From a virus (taxonomy: Duplodnaviria > Caudoviricetes): a stretch of DNA of 64,000 nucleotides. The stretch is from IMG/VR virus record IMGVR_UViG_3300035208_001913, positions 30,994 to 94,993 of that record; one strand, written 5' to 3'. Position 1 is the stretch's first letter, and the number at the start of each line of letters is the position of its first letter. The translations under genes and the position numbers were made by a program. This document shows positions 55,432-64,000 of this stretch, piece by piece. Below the pieces are notes generated by a model. The model was not told where the DNA came from, searched no databases, and saw nothing but the letters and a program-made list of their open reading frames with translations.

Positions 55432-55794
55432 ATGAAAACGATAAAATGTTACAGATGCAACGGAACAGGAACAACACCACACAAACACATAGCCAATGGA
55501 GTATGCTTTGCTTGTGGAGGTTCTGGTATTCTTGAGTATAAAGATGATAGTTTTGAAAATAGTTTAATGTGGTTTTGCAAAGATGTTAGACCAACTATTA
55601 CAGATGGGTGCAGTTGCAAAATGATTAAAAATACAAGTTTTGAAGGACGTGGAGTTGATAAGGGTGGTGAGTTTATAGCAAAAAGAGTTGGTGAAAGCGT
55701 AATTTTTTGGAATAAAAAAGCAGGTGCAAACTGGCACTTTGATGTACCTATGACAGCAGTAGATTTAATGAAAAAACACTTTGTGAAAATATGA
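55432..55794 (+). CDS. Cassette M4 gene 1 with DnaJ-type CxxCxGxG zinc finger (copy at 61667-62029)
   Basis: CYRCNGTG...CFACGGSG; internal promoter at 55370-55401. Confidence 0.7.
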   Translation: MKTIKCYRCNGTGTTPHKHIANGVCFACGGSGILEYKDDSFENSLMWFCKDVRPTITDGCSCKMIKNTSFEGRGVDKGGEFIAKRVGESVIFWNKKAGANWHFDVPMTAVDLMKKHFVKI

Positions 55795-55988
55795 GAATAA
55801 TACTCGCAATATTTACAGATAGGTTTGAGGTTTACGGAAGCCTTAAACCTTTCTTTGAGCAATATCCGCAATATGCTGAACTCAAAGATAAAATTGATTA
55901 TACTATGTCTCGTAAAAAATTACCATTCGAGCATTCAGAATTTAAGTTACAACGGATGAACGTTCGGAGGTCTTTAAATGGGGTATAA
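55791..55988 (+). CDS. Cassette M4 gene 2, small putative DNA-binding protein (copy at 62026-62223)
   Basis: 65 aa, ATGA-coupled to gene 1; stop codon inside TAAC. Confidence 0.6.
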   Translation: MRIILAIFTDRFEVYGSLKPFFEQYPQYAELKDKIDYTMSRKKLPFEHSEFKLQRMNVRRSLNGV

Positions 55989-56017
55989 CGGTTCGCAAGT
56001 ATATTTAGTTGCGGATT

Positions 56018-56106
56018 TAGAAGCACAAAACTTTAAATTAAGATAAAATGAAAATAGAAGCACAAAACTTTAAATTAAGATAAAATGAAAATAGAAGCAC
56101 AAAACT
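56018..56106. repeat. 37-bp tandem repeat (about 2.4 copies) in the M5 hairpin loop
   Basis: tagaagcacaaaactttaaattaagataaaatgaaaa starting at 56018, 56055 and 56092 (partial). Confidence 0.85.
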
Positions 56107-56396
56107 CGGATAAACCACAGAACCCCCAATTGAGTAAGGGTGCTGTTATGTGCCGTACTTTTTCCAATATGTTCTTTTGGTTTGGAATACAACTATTTGA
56201 TAGCCGACTTAAAGAATATGGTGGGTTTAATCACTTTATCGCTGGTAAAATTTTCAGATGGAAATATTGCTATTTGTCAATTGCACTCCGTAAACAATGG
56301 CGATTTGAATGGATACACGAAAGCGATGATTATTACTATGACGGCTATCATAATAGCATTACAATTGGGTGTCTGCAAATCTCGTATGGCACATAA
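56085..56396 (+). CDS. Cassette M5 gene, hypothetical (copy at 62320-62631)
   Basis: 103 aa; starts in the loop and stops in TAAC. Confidence 0.65.
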   Translation: MKIEAQNSDKPQNPQLSKGAVMCRTFSNMFFWFGIQLFDSRLKEYGGFNHFIAGKIFRWKYCYLSIALRKQWRFEWIHESDDYYYDGYHNSITIGCLQISYGT

Positions 56397-59300
56397 CGGA
56401 TGTGTGTATGGCACGTTGCTTACACTTAACTTGACTTGAAACACAAAACTTTAATAATATGGAAACAGATAATTTGAAACACGAAAAGCAATGTGCTATA
56501 CACGATGTTATATACAGTCGTTATTTGGAAAAGATTGAAAAAGAAAGGCGTGAAAAGCAGGTAATGTTAGACTTGTGGTATATGGCAACAAAAGGTAAGC
56601 AAGTTGTGTTGTGCGTTGGAAACGATTGTATATAACTACCCGCTAAATATAATAACATATTTTATATCTTTATTAAAAATAAAATCACTACTTTTTAAAC
56701 CTATTATAAATAAATTACCCTTTTAAAATGAAAATAATCTTTCAAATAGTCGTATCTAATGAAAAGGACACAATAATCGATAGTGTTAAAGTAATGATAC
56801 CTATTAATGATATAGATAATAGCTTTACAAGGCTTAAATACCTATTAATTAAAAAATTCAATATCCCATCAAATTACACAATAGATTTTGGAGTTACAAA
56901 TAATTATAAATTTGCAAAAATGAACTACATAGGAGCACGGCTAAGAAACGAAATAATATCAATAATCAAAGAAGTAAAAGAAAGCGGGCAAGATTACAGT
57001 CTTGACCTTATAGCAAGTAAGTTGCATAGTGAAGGTAGGATAAGCAAATGTCATTATAATAGGCTTAAAGAAGATGAGATGTTAAGAAAAAGAATTTTGA
57101 ATAATGTAAATAAATAAATAAAATTATGAGATATTTAGTAAGTTTTTTAGAAAATAATATAAGAAAATCTTTTTATACGAACTGGTATGAAAGTTCTAAC
57201 AACTTCGATATTGATTTAGATATGATTGTATTTGATTTCTCAACTCATAAATTTAGTGTTGATGGTATTAACTGGATAGATATAGAAGAAGATCACTTGT
57301 AAATAAATAAAAATTATGAAAAAAGATAATCTATATTTGCCGAGCAATGGGACTGAAGGTGATGGATTTATGTCTATATGGTGCGAAAACTGTAAAAAAG
57401 ATACAATGCTTAGAGGCGGTGAAACACAATGTTCAATACTTACTAATGCACTTGTTAAAGGATACGTAAAGCAATGGGTGTATATTGATAATGTACCTAT
57501 TTGTACGTCATTTGTAAAAGTTGGTACTATACAAAAGCATAAGAAACGTATTGCTAAAAATCAAATAATAATAGGAGACTTATAAATTATGAAAACAACC
57601 TACTGTGGAGACACCACTATAAAATGCAGACATAGAGATAAAGACGTTTGCAAACAGACAAAAGATTGTAGTCTTAAAAAAGATTGTAGTCTTAAAATAA
57701 GTGAAAAAGAATTTGATGCAGAATGCGACCATTACTTTCCTGCAACAAATAAAGGATACTTACCTTGTGAGTTTTGTGGTAAAATTAAACCTGAATAATT
57801 ATGAAACTCCAAACAGGTAAAACGCTTACAGAGCTTGCAAGGCTCTATGAGATAGAGGCAAAATATAATGAATTATTAAAACAGTTAAAAAATGATTAGA
57901 ATAGTAGGAAAAGTAATCGTTAAGACCATGCCAGCTTCATGTTCTGAATGTTCATTCATTCAAGAGGACTGGAAGTGTATATTAACCGGATACTTCTACA
58001 CTTCTTATGTTGACAGAAATCCACTTTGTCCTCTTAAATCAAAAGATAATAAAAACAGGTGTTATTCGCCTAACTGCCAAAGAAATGCACCTGTAAATGA
58101 TATATTTTGTAAAAAACATAGATAAATAATTAACCCTCTTAAAACCTTCTCACTTGTATAGGATAAGTGCACAGCGAAGCCGAAAACTGTATAGAGTAGG
58201 CAAAATTTTAAATAATTAAAAGTATGGAAATAGAAAATGTATATTATCTGCAAAGTGGTAGAATATTTGTCGCTAAAACAGATGATAATAGATATATTGA
58301 ATTTACCGAAATGAGAGACGTAAAGACTGATTCAAAAGAAAATGAAGAAGTTAGAAATACGCAGGACACACGAATAATTTGGAAGCATTTAGATAAGTTT
58401 ACAAATAAATGGTTAATGACTGTTTCCACTCAAATTGGGTGCACTCATAAATGTAAATTTTGCGATGTCTCATTATTAAAATTTGGCAGAAATTTAACAG
58501 AACATGAAATATGGTGGCAAATAGACCAAATTATAAAATGCACTCCTTACGTTACACAAACAAACAAAGCAAAGATAGGATTTGCCAGAATGGGTGAGCC
58601 TGCTCATAATTTTTTAAATGTTTCTGATATTATCTGCAATTTGAAAGGATATAAAGGGTTTAATTGGTTGCCTTGTTTTAATAGTATTTTACCGAATAAA
58701 ACAATACAGGGGATAACTTCTACTGATATATTAATGAGAATGATTAATATAAAGGAAAGTATTTATGATGGTTTTTTACATTTACAACTAAGTATAAATT
58801 CAACAGATGAACAGAAAAGAAAAGAGTTATTTGGGGGTGCTTCCGTTATGGAATTGGAAAATATTATAAACCTTGTTAATAAATCAAATATTTCAAATAG
58901 AAAAGTGACATTGAATTTTATCGTTATGAAAGGCGTTCCTGTTGATGTTTCTGTACTTAAAAAAATGAATATAAATTCAGATAAAATTATTGTCAAATTA
59001 ATTCCTTTAAACCAAACTGATATTGCTCAAACATCAAATTTAGAAACATTTGCAAATTACTCAAATTACGAGGTATTACAGCAACTTAGAGACGATTTTA
59101 AAAAGGAAGGTATAGAAACTGTTGTAGATACTATTGCACGCTGTGAAGATGCCGGTTTATGTTGTGGACAAATAATACATACTCATTATGAATAAAAATA
59201 TAAGTATAATTACAAATTTTGGATGTCGGGCAAATTGTTGGTACTGTATATGGAAAGGACACCCCTACGAAAAAGTAAACCTTAAAACAGATTGGAATAA

Positions 59301-60834
59301 ATTAGAAAACTTTTTATCAGAATATAAATGTAAGGGAAAAGTATCTGTTTCTGGCGGTGGTGATTGCCTTTATAGATATGATGAATTTGTAGGATGGTGG
59401 GTAAAATTATTACAAATTACTAATTCATTAAATATAAAATTAGATATTCATACAAGAGAAAAATTTACAAAACAATCTTTTTGGAAAAATAATGTTAACC
59501 GTTGTGTATTTTCGAGTGATTTTTTTGATACTGATAAAGAATGGTTTGAATATATAATAAATTTTACAAAACTTAGAATTACTCACGTTGTTACTGAATT
59601 TTCTACTATTGAAAATACACAAAAATATATTGATTTTTGCAAAGAAAATAATTGTCAATTTACATTAAAAGAATTAGTATCATTTAATGATAATGGCAAT
59701 TATAAATTATTTAAAGAATTATTTAGTAATGAGTTTTTTCTCGATGGTGGTGATTATAATATTTACTATTTTCCTGACAATTCTATTCAAGAAAAATTTA
59801 TTTCCTCAGCAACAACATCAAACAATAGCGGATATAGATTATAACTTTCCAACAGCAAAACCAAAAATGAAGCTAACAATATTACCACCCCACCAGATTT
59901 TCTTTCTCTTAAGTTCACCAGCATACGCATTTTGAGCATTCTCATATCCCACCTGCCACCTGTCAGATTGCATCTGAATAACATTATTCTTTACCTGTAA
60001 TGTATCTATTCTATTTCCCTGTATGTCTATAATAGAATCAGCTTTTGATAATTCTATACGAGTTAATTTCAATATGGTATCAGTTGCTATTGCCTGTTTT
60101 ACTTGTTTTTCAGTAAAGCCAATAATAGTATCGTTTTCACGTGGCACTAATACAACAGAATCAAAAACAGCAATACAACTTTCTATGGTTTCCGCAAAAG
60201 TCAAACTATCTACATAAACAGTAACAGTCTTTATAGTTTCATGTACTTTGTTTTTAGATGTTTTAAGGCTGTCTATTGAATCTGATTGTAATTGTAGTAC
60301 ATTGTTTAATCTTGCAATAGTTATGCTGTCCTGTGAATTGTCAATAGTTGTGGTGGGCTTTTCAGTAAACTCATGCCAAGCGAATAAAGCAATTATAATT
60401 ACTAAGGCTGTAATGATTATGTTTTTGAGGGTGTTATTATTTATTGTCATTTTCTTCTTTTTTAGTATAAGTACCTGATGTTGTTATTATTGTATAGTCA
60501 ATAGGTTTATAATCTGATGTTTGGCAACCGTACATTACTACTGTTGGTTGGACGTTAGGAAATGGGTACGGTGGGTATGTTTTTTTAGGTAGTTTTTTTA
60601 TCCAGTCCTCAATATTCTTTTCAGCTTCTTTGTCAGCTTTTGGCAAGTCATTTTCTGATACTTTTTCAAGTTCAGTAATAACATCATTGATTACTTCTTC
60701 TAAAGGTTTGTCCTTTGATACGGCTTTTAAATATCCTTTAATCCAAAAAATAAATTCTTTATATTTCATAATAAAATAATTTTAATATTTATTGCAAATG
60801 TAAGGAAAGTTTTTGTATTTTTGTAAAATAATAT

Positions 60835-60906
60835 AGCGAGGCGGTTGTTGGTTACCCGCAAGGCTCATAACCTTTGCTCTCGTGAGTTCGATTCTCACCC
60901 TCGCAA
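60835..60906 (+). tRNA. tRNA(CAT), duplicate copy
   Basis: Identical to 54600-54671. Confidence 0.75.
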
Positions 60907-62698
60907 CTAAGCTCTTTATTGACGTAAGGAGCTTTTTTATTTGATTACAAACTCACTTTACCGTTGTTTTTTGCTTACTTTCCGCACCTATACTGCAATA
61001 GCTTATTTGATTGGAAAAATTAACAATTTTTTATTAAATTTATTTTGATATATATAATATATATATTATCTTTGCTGAAATTATTAACTATTAGCGGTAT
61101 ATTGTTGGGATTTTTACGGATTAAAAACATAAATATAATTATATGGACAAAAATGTATTAAAAGGCATAGCAGAAAGAAAACTTGAACACATGAGACACG
61201 GATGTTTTCGTGGCGGACTAAATCACTTCTTGGACACGGGTTCGATTAATGGCAGTTTTCTTGATGCCTTAAATGAATTAGCTGAAGAAATAGTAAAAAC
61301 CTGCAATATACCGCCTGTTATAAAATCGGTTTGCGAGTTTTGTGGACACGAACATTTAATGCGTGGCAAAAATGGTGTGTGGTGTGAGGAATGCCTTAAA
61401 AAGCAAACTGTTTTATAACGGTGCGTGTATGAAACGTGGTGGGATAGAAACCACCTAACTATCAAAATACAAATAACTTAATAGAATGGAACAAACTTTA
61501 AATAACGCAGAAACCCCACCATGTTTTATACACGGTGTGTGTGCCCCGTTTTTATTTAGAATTATTATAAATATACGATTAAATGTAAAATAATTGCTTT
61601 TTTATTTGGAAATTACAATTATTCGTTGTATATTTGTAGGGTAATAATAAATTAAAACTTTGAATTATGAAAACGATAAAATGTTACAGATGCAACGGAA
61701 CAGGAACAACACCACACAAACACATAGCCAATGGAGTATGCTTTGCTTGTGGAGGTTCTGGTATTCTTGAGTATAAAGATGATAGTTTTGAAAATAGTTT
61801 AATGTGGTTTTGCAAAGATGTTAGACCAACTATTACAGATGGGTGCAGTTGCAAAATGATTAAAAATACAAGTTTTGAAGGACGTGGAGTTGATAAGGGT
61901 GGTGAGTTTATAGCAAAAAGAGTTGGTGAAAGCGTAATTTTTTGGAATAAAAAAGCAGGTGCAAACTGGCACTTTGATGTACCTATGACAGCAGTAGATT
62001 TAATGAAAAAACACTTTGTGAAAATATGAGAATAATACTCGCAATATTTACAGATAGGTTTGAGGTTTACGGAAGCCTTAAACCTTTCTTTGAGCAATAT
62101 CCGCAATATGCTGAACTCAAAGATAAAATTGATTATACTATGTCTCGTAAAAAATTACCATTCGAGCATTCAGAATTTAAGTTACAACGGATGAACGTTC
62201 GGAGGTCTTTAAATGGGGTATAACGGTTCGCAAGTATATTTAGTTGCGGATTTAGAAGCACAAAACTTTAAATTAAGATAAAATGAAAATAGAAGCACAA
62301 AACTTTAAATTAAGATAAAATGAAAATAGAAGCACAAAACTCGGATAAACCACAGAACCCCCAATTGAGTAAGGGTGCTGTTATGTGCCGTACTTTTTCC
62401 AATATGTTCTTTTGGTTTGGAATACAACTATTTGATAGCCGACTTAAAGAATATGGTGGGTTTAATCACTTTATCGCTGGTAAAATTTTCAGATGGAAAT
62501 ATTGCTATTTGTCAATTGCACTCCGTAAACAATGGCGATTTGAATGGATACACGAAAGCGATGATTATTACTATGACGGCTATCATAATAGCATTACAAT
62601 TGGGTGTCTGCAAATCTCGTATGGCACATAACGTTTTGGCGGTTGGCGTTCGTTGCCGACTTTGAAACACGAAACTTTCACTTTAAAAAAAAATTGAT

Positions 62699-62986
62699 AT
62701 GGAAAACAAAACTTCAACAATCCACGAAAACGGCAATGACGCTAACCGCTTGTTACCTGCCGTTTTACTTGATATGAACGAAAGGTATTATTTTAAAACA
62801 CGAGGACAAGAACCTAATGTAGAATGCACTCAAAGATGTATGTTTAGAGATAACGGAATTTGTATAGGTTCAGCAGCTTGTCAAGAATGCGAACACCATT
62901 TTGAAAATAACATTGATGAATGGGGGTGCATTAGTTGGATTAAGTGTCGTAAGATTAACGAGGCTGTGTCCAAAAATGGCAGGTAA
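62699..62986 (+). CDS. Cassette M6 gene, Cys-rich
   Basis: 95 aa; starts in the loop, reads through GTTA (RLLPAV) and stops in TAAC. Confidence 0.7.
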   Translation: MENKTSTIHENGNDANRLLPAVLLDMNERYYFKTRGQEPNVECTQRCMFRDNGICIGSAACQECEHHFENNIDEWGCISWIKCRKINEAVSKNGR

Positions 62987-63104
62987 CGGATGGCGGTATG
63001 GTTTAGGCAACCAACCACTACTGCTAACTATGAAATACAAAATTATAATTGGTTGCTTAACTATACCGCTTGTTACCAACTGGGCGGTATTAAAACCAAA
63101 ATAA

Positions 63105-63533
63105 ATGATAACAGGAAATTATGAATTTGATTTGCAAATTGCTCAAACCCAAACAAGAGGAGCAAATAGTGAATATAGAAGATTGGCAAAAAAATTATCA
63201 ATTGACAAACCTTATAAAGATTTGTATCCATCAAGTGTACTACCAGATTTGGGTGCTTCATTTATTATTTATGCAAATGGAGCAACTTGGGTATTAGAAT
63301 GCTGGGTAAATTGGCGTTTATATTGGATTTCAAGCACTACAGATATACAAAATTTAAGAAGTGAAAACGCTGAATATAATTGTACTTGGTTACCCGACTA
63401 TTGGCATATAAGAAATATACGCAGAATAATATGGAAGCATCCAAATATGACTAATTGGACAAGTATTTTTTTGCCAACCAGAATAATTGAATTGTTATGG
63501 AAACTTGGTTTTAGATTTACATCGTGTCGTTAG
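63105..63533 (+). CDS. Cassette M7 gene, hypothetical
   Basis: 142 aa, between gttaccaac and gttggtaac. Confidence 0.65.
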   Translation: MITGNYEFDLQIAQTQTRGANSEYRRLAKKLSIDKPYKDLYPSSVLPDLGASFIIYANGATWVLECWVNWRLYWISSTTDIQNLRSENAEYNCTWLPDYWHIRNIRRIIWKHPNMTNWTSIFLPTRIIELLWKLGFRFTSCR

Positions 63534-63652
63534 CCTTGTTGGTAACGGTCGGCAATATGAAACGGTTGCCTTGTAGTTCGTTTCACAATATAGATGCAGT
63601 TTTCTGGCAACTGTTTTATATTGCTTGTTATAGCCAGTTAATTTTAAAAACT

Positions 63653-63868
63653 ATGTTAGTTAAAGACTTGAAAAAATTTTTGAATAAATTACCAGATGAC
63701 TTTGAAATAAAAATCATTACTGATAAACGAATACCAGACGATGTATTAAAAACAATGAGCTACCCTTACCCAATAGAGTCAAATAACTATGATTTTGATT
63801 TCGGTGATATAGGTTGGAGTTCAAAAATTACATCATTGAGAATAAAGTTGGACGAGCCACTTGATTAA
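63653..63868 (+). CDS. Cassette M8 gene, hypothetical (MLVKDLKKFLNKLPDD...)
   Basis: Likely ATG at 63653 after an A-rich initiation region; lies between gttatagccagttaat and attaattggctataac. Confidence 0.65.
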   Translation: MLVKDLKKFLNKLPDDFEIKIITDKRIPDDVLKTMSYPYPIESNNYDFDFGDIGWSSKITSLRIKLDEPLD

Positions 63869-64000
63869 TTGGCTATAACTATTTGCTAAATACAACAATT
63901 ATATATATAAAATAGTATAACTATATGATACCAAAAGAATTACAATACACTGAAAAAAAACTTTTAATGTTAACAAAACGACAAAAATCATCATTAGAAA

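Larger units (their letters stand above)
54850..56652 (+). mobile_element. Cassette array 2, first copy (M3, M4, M5 joined to duplicated M2 and terminal site)
   Basis: TAAC at 54850, 55181, 55986, 56394 and 56633; GTTA at 55082, about 55302 (degenerate), 56145 and 56507. Confidence 0.8.
50158..62633. repeat. 6235-bp tandem duplication (50158-56392 and 56393-62627, shared ATAACG ends)
   Basis: ORFs recur with identical translation at +6235; identity begins and ends at ATAACG. Confidence 0.95.
61085..63895 (+). mobile_element. Cassette array 2, full copy (M3, M4, M5, M6, M7, M8 and terminal site)
   Basis: TAAC at 61085, 61416, 62221, 62629, 62984, 63543 and 63876; GTTA at 61317, about 61537 (degenerate), 62380, 62752, 63072 and 63627. 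Confidence 0.85.

Noticed and set aside
49707-63895. CRISPR array or REP/terminator interpretation of the TAAC...GTTA hairpins
   Set aside because: No identical repeats or constant spacer lengths. The arms are module-specific, also bracket the genes, and mostly lack U-tails.
1-64000. Stop-codon reassignment as in some crAss-like phages
   Set aside because: Long genes (terminase, portal, MCP, helicase) are intact in the standard code, and no suppressor tRNA was seen.

Overview
AT-rich genome segment of a crAss-like (Crassvirales-type) phage. Repeated TAnnTTTG promoter elements point to a Bacteroidota host, and the standard genetic code fits. Positions 1-28.1 kb (minus strand) carry the virion and packaging genes: tail/muzzle-like protein, ring proteins, major capsid, scaffold, putative cargo proteins, portal and terminase. 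They also carry a four-gene glycosyltransferase/methyltransferase block, a GIY-YIG endonuclease, an HNH protein, a GroES-like protein and an RHH protein. Positions 28.3-49.7 kb (plus strand) carry many small ORFs, a tRNA-like element, a uS3-type KH-domain protein and a replication/recombination module (initiator-like protein, SbcC-like ATPase, SSB-like protein, PD-(D/E)xK nuclease, DnaB helicase). The main discovery lies at 49.7-63.9 kb: two arrays of integron-like gene cassettes with 8 distinct modules. Each is built as TAAC-armA-loop-armA'-GTTA-armB-gene-armB'-TAAC, with module-specific complementary arms, a conserved G.T wobble and a shared array-terminal motif. An apparently exact 6235-bp tandem duplication has its junction on the TAAC core, which suggests site-specific recombination at these sites. 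No recombinase is visible in the window. The duplicated block also carries an RlmN/Cfr-like radical SAM enzyme lacking the resolving cysteine, a second radical SAM gene and a tRNA(CAT). All calls come from reading the sequence by eye; no database searches were run.
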